Below, piece by piece: positions 15,308 through 25,153 of a DNA stretch of 31,724 bases. Source of the stretch: Thermomicrobiales bacterium (GTDB lineage Bacteria > Chloroflexota > Chloroflexia > Thermomicrobiales > JALYUS01). A model generated the notes under the pieces. It ran no database searches and was not told where the DNA came from. It saw nothing but the letters and a program-made list of their open reading frames with translations. The stretch is from assembly GCA_038238655.1 (NCBI GenBank), contig JBBSFO010000001.1, positions 1-31,724 on the forward strand, given 5' to 3'. Numbering within the stretch: position 1 is the first letter of the stretch; every line of letters starts with the position of its first letter. The position numbers were made by a program, and so were the translations under genes.

Positions 15308-15730
15308 ATGGTTGAGAACGGCTATCCGACGGCGCGTTTCTACATCGAAATTGATGGCGTCAATAACGCGGTTTTCACCGAGGCCGAGGGGCTTCAAATC
15401 GAGGTGGATATCACCGAGTACAAAGAAGGTGGCAGTAACGGTTTCGTCCATCGCCTGCCAGGCCGCGCCACGATCAGCAATTTAACGCTGAAGCGTGGCC
15501 TTGTCCAGTCGAACCAACTGTTCAAGTGGCAACTTGAGGTCGCGCAGGGCAAAGTTACGCGACGCAATGTGTCCGTCGTCATGTACGACCCGGCTGGGAT
15601 CGAAGTGCTCCGCTGGAACCTCATCAAAGCCTATCCGGTGCGGTGGATCGGTCCTGCATTTCGCGTCACCGACACAGTGATCGGCATCGAGACGCTCGAA
15701 CTTGCCCATGCCGGGCTAGAGATGGGATAG
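15308..15730 (+). CDS. Tail tube protein #3 (T4 gp19-like, Afp5-like position)
   Basis: RFYIEIDG...FTEAEGLQIEVDITEYKEGGSNGFVHRLPGRATISNLTLKRGL...RRNVSVVMYD...RWNLIKAYPVRWIGP...IETLELAHAGL. Confidence 0.95.
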   Translation: MVENGYPTARFYIEIDGVNNAVFTEAEGLQIEVDITEYKEGGSNGFVHRLPGRATISNLTLKRGLVQSNQLFKWQLEVAQGKVTRRNVSVVMYDPAGIEVLRWNLIKAYPVRWIGPAFRVTDTVIGIETLELAHAGLEMG

Positions 15731-15734
15731 GCGT

Positions 15735-18700
15735 ATGCTGCAAAGCGGATTCCTCGCCCATGCCGCACGTCAATCCAGATTCTCGCGATGGCTCGCCCAA
15801 CGCCAGGCAGTGTTGCTCCACCATCCGGCTCCCAGCTCACAGCGATCCTTTATCTCCCCTCGACCACTTTCGTCCGACCGAAGGGGCATGTATACGCCGC
15901 TGTACGCATTGCCACCCACCCAACCCTTGGACGCTCTCACACTCTTCGATGAACACGGATCAGCACCAAATTTCGACGATGAAACATTCGAAGGCGCGCC
16001 GGACTACCTCGATACGATTGTCGCGTCACGAGGTGACCCTTCATTCAATGATCCGCCCCCTCCCATTGGCGATCTGTCACAAGATACCGTGTCGGCGGCA
16101 TCGCCCGCCGTCGAGGTGATACAAAACGTTGTGTCCGCTGTTGCCACCCCAACCGATGTTGGTCGCACGCCGCCCACGAGACGCACGGCCCAGCATATGG
16201 ATGCGACAGGCACGCTGTCTGGTCGGCACATGCCCGATCCGCAACAATCGTCACCGTCCGGTGACGGGACAGCGCCGCGACCGATGTATGAGGTTGGCGA
16301 ACGATCCGGCAGCCGTAACGTCGTCGCTATGCATCCTCCCGAGTCGGATCGTGCTCTTCCATCTACACGCGAATTCACGCCTGATCGTGATACGTCGGCG
16401 TTACCCACCGGGGGGGCCGCCGGACAAGAGACGGGGTTATTCGAGCCGACAGGCGTCGTCGAGCCTATGCCGGGGTATCCGTTGTCAGGCGGCGCGGCAG
16501 ATGAAGAGCAGACGACTGCACCCCCCACAGCGAGCAGTGGCGACACTGCGATTCCGAGCACCGAACAACGCGTCGGCACTGCCGTAGGCTCACTGCCGCA
16601 CGAGAGACGTGATCGAAATCGAGCCGCGCCGCCGCCCGAGCGGCACAATGCGCGTGCGACCATGTCCACTGCGGAGGCACCTAGCATCGAGACGCCGTGG
16701 CAACACGCGCGCCGTGTGATCCGCGAGCGGCTATCGAGCAGAAGCGCCCGACCAACGCGTGCATCGTCGCAGGTGCCGCAATTGCGGGGCACAGAATCCC
16801 ACGGGTACGTCGCGCCACCGACAGCCGCGACCCCGCCGCCCTTCTTGCGTGGGGCGATGCAATCTCCAGATTTCGTTGTGCCGGTCTCGACGGTTCCGCC
16901 AGCCACTCTCGTATCCCCTACCCACGAACCAGGAAGTGAACGCGAGGATCGTGGAAACACGACAATGTCCGTGTCGGCGCAGAGCGGCGCGCCGTCGTCT
17001 GCAATTGCCTCCAGTCGCCGTACAGCCCTCCTCCGATCGGACGGGCGAATGCCAGACGTGCGCGACAACGGGCCATCTGCCGGCGAAACGCCGGTACCAG
17101 AGGAGTCACAATCTGTGGCGCGCGCCGAGCAACACCGGGCGCAGAACGCGGCGGCAACGACACCGACGATCGGCACCACGGTGTCGCCCGATTTGTCACG
17201 ACCGATTTCGCCATCACCGGAGTCCGAGGCTGCGGAAGACATCGCGGCCTCAATGAACACCCCCCGCAAACCAACGTTACAAACCGAGATTGACACAACC
17301 AATGGTGTTCTCCCGGCTGCGGAGGAAGCCCCGATCAATCCTGTCACGAGTGAGACTGTTGCGGCGAACCGAAGTGACGCAGATGACGGCACGGCCATAT
17401 TTGCCGTTCCCAATGGTCGTCCGCGCTACGACGCGGCACGCACCGTCGGCGAGACCACGACAGGACCGCCGTCGCACGTTGTACTACCGATTGCAATGGC
17501 CGCTGAACCCACGATACCAAACGATGTCGGGTCGCTCGTGCAGCCGCCTCTGGTTGAGCCGACCGCCCCAAAGTCGCTGTCTTCGCCGCCACTCGATCCA
17601 TCAAGTGCGCCGTCCGCCGTCGTGCGTGTCGAGCGCCCGATTGACAGCGCCTCTGGCGTTGCGACACAGCGATCCACTCCGATTTCACCACAGCAATCAC
17701 CGCTATCGTCGGCTACACCTGCAGAGTCGCAGACCGAACAGCAACGCGAGATCATGTCCCGATCTCCCGAGCAAACCGATCTCCTGGCGGATGCTTCGAT
17801 GCCGCCGCGCGCGCAACTGGCGGCAACGTCGTTGGCGCACGCCCCATCTCCGTCTCCTCCGCTATCGCACGTAGCCAGCGGCGTGGTCGGCGCGGTAACA
17901 ATCCAACCCGATCGGTCACCACAGGAAGTGGTGCAGAAGCAAACGCCGACGTCTCCGACCGATATACGTGCAGCCATCGGCGCGTGGCGGGTGCCCACCC
18001 CTCCCCACGTTGCGCGCACCGTGACCGCGTGGCTAACAGCGAAACCACGTTTCGGACGCGCGGCACAATCCGCACCGAATCAGTCCGCTGATCCAATCAG
18101 CGCGGCACCTCCTTCATCGCCAACCATCGAACAACGTGAGGCAGACATCCGCCGGCACGTCGCGCCTGCCGCGAGTCAGCAACCGGCACAAGCAACCGAT
18201 TCCCCGTCTGCGACACCAGACGGCACAACCATTCCCCCGCATGGGCCAACCGAAATGTCACATGCGTTCGAACAATCCATTGCAGAAGATGCCGAACCAG
18301 CGGGAACGGAACCGGCGATCACTGCGCTGGTCTACCCGTCCGGCCCGGATCGGCTCGGTAATTCTGAGGAACGACCCGCGTCATCGGCCACACGATTGCC
18401 GGATATTTCGGTCCAAGAGGATGTCATTTCCGATGCACCAGACGCTGCACGAATCGCGCCTGCCTCGATCGTGCAGTCCAGCGAAACCGCGCCGATACCG
18501 ACGCTCCCGACATCGGGACAAGAGTCGCCGACCCGTCGTCAATCAGCCCCCGTTCAGCCGCTGAATGTCGAAGTGATTGATGGGAGATCAATCCTCCCGG
18601 AGATTGCGGGGTCGCATCGCGTCCCTGACCCTGCGTCAGTCTCTGAGGCGACTAGCCCACGGGGATTACGTGGCGAATCCGTCTCCCAAATAGCCTTAAA

Positions 18701-21700
18701 CGACCTGCCCGTCGGCCAGTCGCCGACTGCAGCGTTCGAGCAGTCAGGACCCGAACTATCGCCGCCGTATCAATCGAGGCCACCGCAGCACGCTGCGGAT
18801 CAGATCAGTCCGATGCCGGCACCCACACAACCGCCGGTAAATCCATCGTCTCTGCGCATCCCACAGCCAGTGACTGCGTCGGAGCGCTCCACGGATTCGC
18901 CCCGGTCGGATTCGCACCACATCTTCTCCCCTACCAATGATTCCGACGTATCGGTCTCCGGTGCGTCGGGATCAGCCCTACCGAACGCGCCTATGGCGAG
19001 CAGTAGGCAATCGGCGGTAGTGGAGAGCCTCCCTGGCGGTATCTCGACGCCCTCCACACAACTTGGGTCCGGGCAGACGCCGGGACGCTCCAGCGTCCCA
19101 GATGCGATCACGAACCCCGTCGTGGTGCCACCGCTCGTCGCTCAGCCACCTTCGAGGCCTCCGGTGCCCCGAACGGAAACGACTCACCTGCAACCGTTTG
19201 TTTCGCCGGATAGTCCGCAAGGGTCACAGACGCGCGCGCCGTGGACGCAAGGCGCGGTGCGAGACGCAACGACGCAGTTTACGCCCGCCATCGCCGCACC
19301 AACCTCGCCCGACACAACGACCGATGCAGAGCGACCCGGAGAGAAGCCGGAACGATTGTCTGAGGTGGCATCTGCCGAGGTATTCCAGTCGGAGCGACCG
19401 CAGCCAACTACCGCTCGCCGCGATCTGTCTGGGCTGCAAGACGAATCTGACACCGCCGCGCCAGATTCGGTTTCGCCGCGAGATGATACGGGAATATCGG
19501 CTGCTATGTTGCCGAGAGAAACGCCAGAACCGTCCGTCACGATGCAAACGGTCGGGCAGGCGAAACAGCCCGCAATCGCACCGTACGAGATCGCAGACGA
19601 ATCACGTCGTCAACGGTCGGTCATCGGGGAACGACTGCCAGAATCACGTGACGATGCACCATCCCTTCCGAGCGTCTCACACCGTGAGGGCATGACTGTC
19701 GCACCGACAACTCCCGTGCTCTCGACCGAACTCCACGATGTCGCGGATGCGCCGCCGAGCGAGATCGCTACCCCCGCAAGTAGCGACGCATCGCGCGACG
19801 CCCGTCTGTCCGAGTCGTCGTTTACTGACACCGCCGACAGGACGGTTGTCACGCCGCACAATCCTGTCATCGCCGCGCCGATTATCGAGTCAACACAAGG
19901 AGCATCGCTCCCTGCACACAGAGCGTCCGCACGGCCACGATCCACCAACATTCTTGTCTCACTGCCAACATTTGACGAGTATGCCACGTCAAACGATCGG
20001 GCGGTCCCGACGTTAGGCTCCTCCGACCTCCGCGACCCGCCATCTGTTGCACCACCGGATTCTTCGATCACGGGGCGCATGATTGACGTAGACGCCACGT
20101 CGGCGCCGCTGATAGCGGCGGATCGGTCCGACACGATTATTCCTTCCCGGTCAGTCGAGCAGTCCCATGTCATGCCGAAGGAAACCGCCGAAAGCCGGAA
20201 TCCCTTTCCGTCTGATGTCGTACAGATGCCGTCCGAAGGGGACGGGGAGATGTTGGCGTTCCCCGACGAATCAGCGAAGAGCGGTTCACTTGATTCTCTC
20301 GCACATCCGGTACAATCGGCCCAACTGCGTAACCCTACAGAAACAGGCACGAATTCCCCTGCCCAGGCCACGGATTGGGAACGCGACGCAAACCAACCCG
20401 AGACACGGCTCGTGAACAGCGTTACCAACGATCACGACCGATCCAAAGCACCGGAAGCAGTGAACGTCAATCACCACGATGACACACCGCGCAATGCGAT
20501 TGCGCCGGTCGAAGGCGCAAGCACCAGCGCATCTCGTTCGGGTACACCGCAAACTGTGGAGGACACGGTACGCGGAGCGATGCCCGAGACGATCCAGATC
20601 GCCAGTGACGCTGCACAGACTTTGAGCGATTTCGGGGTGCCGCCGCTGACCGCACTGCATCAACCTGACAGCCTGCGCTCCGTCGAATCCGCACGCGCTT
20701 CAGTGGAACCGAACGACGCACCATCGCCAGACAACGCCATAGACGTGCAATCGGTTGAGCAGACGACGCCGATTCACGAGGTTCGCCAGGCGCGGCGACG
20801 ACCAATCATCGCCGCCCCGCCGCCCGTCCACGAAGACGCGACCACTTTTCCCGAGCCAACGGCCGAAGAGCGTGCGGCGAAGATTAACACGCTCAAACGA
20901 CTGCGACAGATGTATTCCGTCGAGCCGGACGACGCTCCAACCGAGATCGCGGAGATTGCGGATCCGGCGCCCACCGCACCTGTGCCCGAGGTGGCTGTGG
21001 CGGTGCGTCCCGTATTGGCCGCAGAGAATTCGATCATGCAGGACGAAACGCCGGTTCCTGCGCAGGGATCGTCGCCGGCCACACAACCGGAACCGACTCC
21101 GGGTTACTCCGGTGGCCGTGACAGGGCGCCGACCCCTCTGTCGCTGCCTGAATCCGCCCATCGGTTTCTCCGGCCACTCGTCGGATTCGACACACGCACC
21201 GTACCGATCTACCGCGACACCGCTGCGGACCACGTGACGACAGCGCACAATGCCGATGCCGTGACAGATGGCTACGCGGTCGTGATGGCGTCGTCCAACA
21301 CTGCCTTAGACCGACCAGAGACGCTCGGCTTGCTCGCGCACGAGTTCACGCATGTCGCCCGGCGTCAACAAGCCCGATTCGTCCCACCGATTGCGCGGCC
21401 CGCGCGCCCGCAAGCCCAAACGGCGCAACGCAGCGTGCGCGAGGACCGGATTGTGGCGTCGCTCGCGGAGGAGGCGCTCGCCCAACGCGTCGAAGATCGC
21501 GTCGTACAAGCGGCACGAGCCGCCACAGTACATCCATCTCCGCCCCCGACGCAGGCCGTGACAACACCGCGCGCGGAATCGCCACGCGCGGCATCAGCGC
21601 CGCGCTCACCGACTGCGCACGAACGGTGGGCTGGCCTGCCCGCGCCGTGGGAACCGATAAACGATTGGACACAGCACGGACCGTCCGGTCAGGCAACGAC

Positions 21701-21920
21701 TCCTGTCGAGTCACCAGGGAAGACGGCTGCCGTTGCAAACCCTGAACCGGTCGTGCAGCGCGCACTGCGGGAGCGATCGCAAACGGGCCCAGATGAAAAC
21801 GACACGCCGCCGAATGGACGCGACGCATATGCCCCGGAAGCCGACCTCGACGCGCTAGCGCGACAGGTCTATGCGATTTTGAAAGACCGCCTTTCTGTCG
21901 AACGACGACGGATGGGATAA
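15735..21920 (+). CDS. 2061-aa Pro/Ser/Thr/Ala-rich, likely disordered protein with C-terminal DUF4157-like domain and conserved helical tail
   Basis: Single uninterrupted ORF between tube #3 and the tube-initiator-LysM gene. C-terminal LPESAHRFLRPLVGFD...ADAVTDG...ETLGLLAHEFTHVARRQ (HExxH at 21339-21353), WAGLPAPWEP, VVQRA and DLDALARQVYAILKDRLSVERRRMG. Confidence 0.85.
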   Translation: MLQSGFLAHAARQSRFSRWLAQRQAVLLHHPAPSSQRSFISPRPLSSDRRGMYTPLYALPPTQPLDALTLFDEHGSAPNFDDETFEGAPDYLDTIVASRGDPSFNDPPPPIGDLSQDTVSAASPAVEVIQNVVSAVATPTDVGRTPPTRRTAQHMDATGTLSGRHMPDPQQSSPSGDGTAPRPMYEVGERSGSRNVVAMHPPESDRALPSTREFTPDRDTSALPTGGAAGQETGLFEPTGVVEPMPGYPLSGGAADEEQTTAPPTASSGDTAIPSTEQRVGTAVGSLPHERRDRNRAAPPPERHNARATMSTAEAPSIETPWQHARRVIRERLSSRSARPTRASSQVPQLRGTESHGYVAPPTAATPPPFLRGAMQSPDFVVPVSTVPPATLVSPTHEPGSEREDRGNTTMSVSAQSGAPSSAIASSRRTALLRSDGRMPDVRDNGPSAGETPVPEESQSVARAEQHRAQNAAATTPTIGTTVSPDLSRPISPSPESEAAEDIAASMNTPRKPTLQTEIDTTNGVLPAAEEAPINPVTSETVAANRSDADDGTAIFAVPNGRPRYDAARTVGETTTGPPSHVVLPIAMAAEPTIPNDVGSLVQPPLVEPTAPKSLSSPPLDPSSAPSAVVRVERPIDSASGVATQRSTPISPQQSPLSSATPAESQTEQQREIMSRSPEQTDLLADASMPPRAQLAATSLAHAPSPSPPLSHVASGVVGAVTIQPDRSPQEVVQKQTPTSPTDIRAAIGAWRVPTPPHVARTVTAWLTAKPRFGRAAQSAPNQSADPISAAPPSSPTIEQREADIRRHVAPAASQQPAQATDSPSATPDGTTIPPHGPTEMSHAFEQSIAEDAEPAGTEPAITALVYPSGPDRLGNSEERPASSATRLPDISVQEDVISDAPDAARIAPASIVQSSETAPIPTLPTSGQESPTRRQSAPVQPLNVEVIDGRSILPEIAGSHRVPDPASVSEATSPRGLRGESVSQIALNDLPVGQSPTAAFEQSGPELSPPYQSRPPQHAADQISPMPAPTQPPVNPSSLRIPQPVTASERSTDSPRSDSHHIFSPTNDSDVSVSGASGSALPNAPMASSRQSAVVESLPGGISTPSTQLGSGQTPGRSSVPDAITNPVVVPPLVAQPPSRPPVPRTETTHLQPFVSPDSPQGSQTRAPWTQGAVRDATTQFTPAIAAPTSPDTTTDAERPGEKPERLSEVASAEVFQSERPQPTTARRDLSGLQDESDTAAPDSVSPRDDTGISAAMLPRETPEPSVTMQTVGQAKQPAIAPYEIADESRRQRSVIGERLPESRDDAPSLPSVSHREGMTVAPTTPVLSTELHDVADAPPSEIATPASSDASRDARLSESSFTDTADRTVVTPHNPVIAAPIIESTQGASLPAHRASARPRSTNILVSLPTFDEYATSNDRAVPTLGSSDLRDPPSVAPPDSSITGRMIDVDATSAPLIAADRSDTIIPSRSVEQSHVMPKETAESRNPFPSDVVQMPSEGDGEMLAFPDESAKSGSLDSLAHPVQSAQLRNPTETGTNSPAQATDWERDANQPETRLVNSVTNDHDRSKAPEAVNVNHHDDTPRNAIAPVEGASTSASRSGTPQTVEDTVRGAMPETIQIASDAAQTLSDFGVPPLTALHQPDSLRSVESARASVEPNDAPSPDNAIDVQSVEQTTPIHEVRQARRRPIIAAPPPVHEDATTFPEPTAEERAAKINTLKRLRQMYSVEPDDAPTEIAEIADPAPTAPVPEVAVAVRPVLAAENSIMQDETPVPAQGSSPATQPEPTPGYSGGRDRAPTPLSLPESAHRFLRPLVGFDTRTVPIYRDTAADHVTTAHNADAVTDGYAVVMASSNTALDRPETLGLLAHEFTHVARRQQARFVPPIARPARPQAQTAQRSVREDRIVASLAEEALAQRVEDRVVQAARAATVHPSPPPTQAVTTPRAESPRAASAPRSPTAHERWAGLPAPWEPINDWTQHGPSGQATTPVESPGKTAAVANPEPVVQRALRERSQTGPDENDTPPNGRDAYAPEADLDALARQVYAILKDRLSVERRRMG

Positions 21921-21938
21921 TGCGTTGGGAGGGTGAGA

Positions 21939-22598
21939 ATGGTTGAGAAGGCTTCGATCACGAACGTCGATGCCGGCGGCGCGGCGATTGAGTGCATGTT
22001 TAATCCGACGGAATACACATTCTACAAGCAGAACCGGATTTCGTTCACCGAAGTGCCGGGGAACAGCATCCCCATTCCTGATTTCCGCAGTGGCGATCCG
22101 GCGACAATGAAATTGCAGTTGTTCTTCGACACGTACGAGGCCGCAGACAGCGCGAAAGACGTGCGCAAGCACACCGACGCGATCTGGAACCTGATGGCCG
22201 TCGAGGAAAATACAAAGGACGGAAAAACCGGCAAAGGGCGACCACCAATCGTCCATTTCCAATGGGGGCGAACTTGGTCCTTCGATGCGATGATCAGCGA
22301 CATCTCGCAGCGATTTACCCTCTTCCTCACCGATGGCACGCCCGTCCGCGCGACGCTCGATGTCACGTTTCAGCAGGTGAAGGACGGCAAGCTGTTTCCG
22401 AAACAAAACCCGACATCCGGCGGCACCGGCGGCGAACGGCAGTGGGTCGTGCAGGAAGGTGACACGCTCTCACTCATTGCCTATCGCATGTACGGCGACA
22501 CGAATCAGTGGCGTCAGATCGCGGCAGCGAACCGACTGACCCGCGTGAGAAGACTGCAACCAGGTACGGTGTTGGAGATCCCCAATGGCGCAAAATAG
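21939..22598 (+). CDS. CIS tube-initiator protein with LysM domain (Afp7-like)
   Basis: IECMFNPTEYTFYKQN...LQLFFDTYE...PPIVHFQWG...ISQRFTLFLTDGTPVRATLDVTFQQ; LysM WVVQEGDTLSLIAYRMYGDTNQWRQIAAANRL. GGAGG 6 nt before ATG 21939. Confidence 0.95.
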   Translation: MVEKASITNVDAGGAAIECMFNPTEYTFYKQNRISFTEVPGNSIPIPDFRSGDPATMKLQLFFDTYEAADSAKDVRKHTDAIWNLMAVEENTKDGKTGKGRPPIVHFQWGRTWSFDAMISDISQRFTLFLTDGTPVRATLDVTFQQVKDGKLFPKQNPTSGGTGGERQWVVQEGDTLSLIAYRMYGDTNQWRQIAAANRLTRVRRLQPGTVLEIPNGAK

Positions 22599-24273
22599 CC
22601 TCAGTCCGCTTCACTGGTATGTCAAAGTGGACGGTCAGGAAATATCGTCTACCATCTTGGACTGCCTGACAAAAATAACGGTGGAAAGTAGTCTGAATAT
22701 CCCGGCGGTTGCCGCGCTTTATCTCAATCCCCCGCCCCTCAATCACGATCCGCTGTCGTGGATTGACACCGTACAGTTTGATCCGGGGAAAAAACTGACG
22801 ATCTCCGTCGGAGAGGGAGCGACTATCACAGCGTTATTTGACGGGGAGATCGTCGAACTCGAGCCTTCGTTCGGATCAGACGGAAACCGGTTAGTTGTTC
22901 GCGCATTCGACTTGCTCCATCGGCTCTCGCGCGGTCGCAAGGTAAAGTCATTTGCCAATATGACCGACAAGGATATTATCTCTGCCGTACTGTCGAACCA
23001 TCAGATGACCTTCAACTACAGTAATAGCAAGGGGCCAGGACAGGTCCATGAGCAGGTTATGCAAAATAGTCAGACCGACCTTGATTTTGTGCGCACCCGT
23101 GCCGCGACCATCGGCTGTCATTGCTTCGCGGTCGGGGCGAAAGTGCATTGTGTTGCGCCTGTGCAACAAACGGCAGTCTTGATGATCGATCAGTCATCGC
23201 TCCTTTCGTTCCGTCCCCGATTGACAACGACCGATCAGGTGAGCAAAGTGACGGTTCGCGGTTGGAAGGAAAAGACGAAGGAGGATGTCGTCGGCACATT
23301 CGAGGGGAGCGGGGTCAAAAATACGGTAAAAGTGAGTGGCAAGAATGGCGCGGCATTCGCCGCCGCCGCCCCCGGTGGCGGTCAGGAACACCTCGTCACC
23401 GACTGGGTTGTGGACGACCAGGCACAGGCGCAATACATCGCTGAAGCCCTCGCAACCAGCGTCAGCGGGCGCTTCGTTCAGGCCGAAGGAATCACGTATG
23501 GCGCCCCCCAGATCGTCGCCGGTGCGTGGATCGAGATTAAGAATGTTGGACGATACAGTGGAACGTACTTTGTCACGAATGCCTTGCATCACTTCGATGC
23601 CCGCAGTGGCTACGAAACGGAATACACGATTTCCGGTCACGATCCAACGACACTGCTCCATTTGCTCAGTAGTGAGTCGAACGACGCTGCACGCACGGGT
23701 TTGCAGGTCGGCGTCGTCACTGAAGTAGACCCCAAACTGGCAAAGGCGAAGGTTCGCCTCCCGCATCTCGGCGATACAGCGGTCACCAATTGGGCACGAA
23801 TCGCCGCAGTGGGCGCTGGGGCCAATCGTGGCATCCAATTTTTGCCGGAAGTGGGCGATGAGGTAATTATCGGGTTCGATCGGGGGGATGTGAACTTTCC
23901 GTTCATTCTCGGTGGCCTGTGGAACGGGACGGACACACCGCCCACACAAGTTGCACTCGAATCAACAAAGGTCGCGGCGCGTGTTATCCAATCGCGCACA
24001 GGCCACGTCATCACCTTCGAAGATAAGGAAGACGGCGGGGCAATTACAATCAAAGATAAGGCGGGGGGAACGATCACCCTGAGCGCGAAGGATAAATCCA
24101 TCACCATCGAGTCGAAGAAGGATATTATCGTCAAAGCCACGGGTGACCTGACGATGTCCGGCATCAATCTCAGTATCCAAGGTACCAAGGGCGTGGACAT
24201 CAAGGGGCCGCAAGTCAAGATCAATGGCGATGCGCAGGTGGAAATCAAGGGTGGTCTGGTCAAGATCAACTGA
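22585..24273 (+). CDS. vgrG: VgrG-like central spike (Afp8-like; gp27-like hub + gp5 OB-fold + short beta-helix)
   Basis: QNSQTDLDFVRTRA; GVVTEVDPKLAKAKVRLPHL...TNWARIAAVGAGANRGIQFLPEVGDEVIIGFDRGDVNFPFILGGLWNG; SRTGHVITFEDK. No C-terminal effector extension. Confidence 0.95.
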   Translation: MAQNSLSPLHWYVKVDGQEISSTILDCLTKITVESSLNIPAVAALYLNPPPLNHDPLSWIDTVQFDPGKKLTISVGEGATITALFDGEIVELEPSFGSDGNRLVVRAFDLLHRLSRGRKVKSFANMTDKDIISAVLSNHQMTFNYSNSKGPGQVHEQVMQNSQTDLDFVRTRAATIGCHCFAVGAKVHCVAPVQQTAVLMIDQSSLLSFRPRLTTTDQVSKVTVRGWKEKTKEDVVGTFEGSGVKNTVKVSGKNGAAFAAAAPGGGQEHLVTDWVVDDQAQAQYIAEALATSVSGRFVQAEGITYGAPQIVAGAWIEIKNVGRYSGTYFVTNALHHFDARSGYETEYTISGHDPTTLLHLLSSESNDAARTGLQVGVVTEVDPKLAKAKVRLPHLGDTAVTNWARIAAVGAGANRGIQFLPEVGDEVIIGFDRGDVNFPFILGGLWNGTDTPPTQVALESTKVAARVIQSRTGHVITFEDKEDGGAITIKDKAGGTITLSAKDKSITIESKKDIIVKATGDLTMSGINLSIQGTKGVDIKGPQVKINGDAQVEIKGGLVKIN

Positions 24274-24320
24274 TCGTGGACGCGACACTATGCAACGAGG
24301 AATGGCAAAGGGGGAAGATA

Positions 24321-24719
24321 ATGGGAAAACCGGCAGCGAAACAAGGCGACCACATCGTCGGTGTGGACATCCATATTGTGATGATTCCCGCTCCACCGGC
24401 GCCGCCGGTGCCGACGCCCTTACCAAGCCCATTTACGGGAATCATCACCGGCGGTTGCATTGCATCTGTGAAGATCATGGGTATGCCAGCGGCGGTCGTC
24501 GGTAGCACTGCGGACAATATTCCCCCGCACATTCCCATCGGCGGGCCGTTTCAGAAGCAACCGACGAACAAGGGGAAAATCATGCTCGGTAGCGCGACCG
24601 TCCTGATCGGCGGCAAGATGGCCGCGCGCGCAGGCGATACGGCTATGACGTGCAATGATCCGGCGGACTTACCGAATGGAACCGTCGTCGCGGTGAGCAC
24701 CGTGCTCATCGGCGGCTAG
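24321..24719 (+). CDS. PAAR-domain spike tip protein
   Basis: MGKPAAKQGDH...VKIMGMPAAVVGS...GSATVLIGGKMAARAGD...STVLIGG. ATG 24321 follows AAGGGGG. Confidence 0.93.
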   Translation: MGKPAAKQGDHIVGVDIHIVMIPAPPAPPVPTPLPSPFTGIITGGCIASVKIMGMPAAVVGSTADNIPPHIPIGGPFQKQPTNKGKIMLGSATVLIGGKMAARAGDTAMTCNDPADLPNGTVVAVSTVLIGG

Positions 24720-24733
24720 AAAGGACGAGCGTT

Positions 24734-25141
24734 GTGGGCGATATTGTCGGATCAGGCTGGGCATTCCCAATCGGGGTTAATCCGCGCGGACGGATCGCGC
24801 TCGCGCGGCAGGAGCGCGATGTCGAAGAGGCGATCTACATGATCCTGCTGACTCCCAAAGGACAGCGCGTCATGCGTCCCGAGTTCGGCTCCCGTCTCCA
24901 CGACTTGATCTTCGCACCGAACAACGCAACGACGGCTGGTTTGGCGGCCTATTACGTCGAGGAAGCGCTCGGCATGTGGGAGCCGCGCATTCGCCTACAG
25001 AGCGTGATCGCCAATCCCGATCCGCTCAATCCGAACACGCTGCAAATCGAGATACACTACGAAATCAAGGCGACGCACGATAGCCGCGCGTTGGTCTTTC
25101 CATTTTATCGCATCCCCGGCGAAGCCGCCGAAGCATCTTAA
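24734..25141 (+). CDS. gp25/GPW-like baseplate wedge protein (Afp9-like)
   Basis: GSGWAFPI...VEEAIYMILLTPKGQRVMRPEFGSRLHDLIFAPN...EALGMWEPRIRL. Confidence 0.95.
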   Translation: MGDIVGSGWAFPIGVNPRGRIALARQERDVEEAIYMILLTPKGQRVMRPEFGSRLHDLIFAPNNATTAGLAAYYVEEALGMWEPRIRLQSVIANPDPLNPNTLQIEIHYEIKATHDSRALVFPFYRIPGEAAEAS

Positions 25142-25153
25142 GGACTGCAAAGC

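Noticed and set aside
16004-20428. Long - strand ORFs (469, 197, 272 aa and others) and alternate-frame + ORFs inside the 2061-aa gene
   Set aside because: Expected stop-poor shadows of GC-rich low-complexity coding DNA; no RBS or motif support.
22585-24719. T6SS interpretation based on VgrG, PAAR, FHA and kinase
   Set aside because: Single-chain phage-type sheath rather than TssB/TssC, gp19-like tubes rather than Hcp, and no TssJ/L/M, TssA or ClpV.
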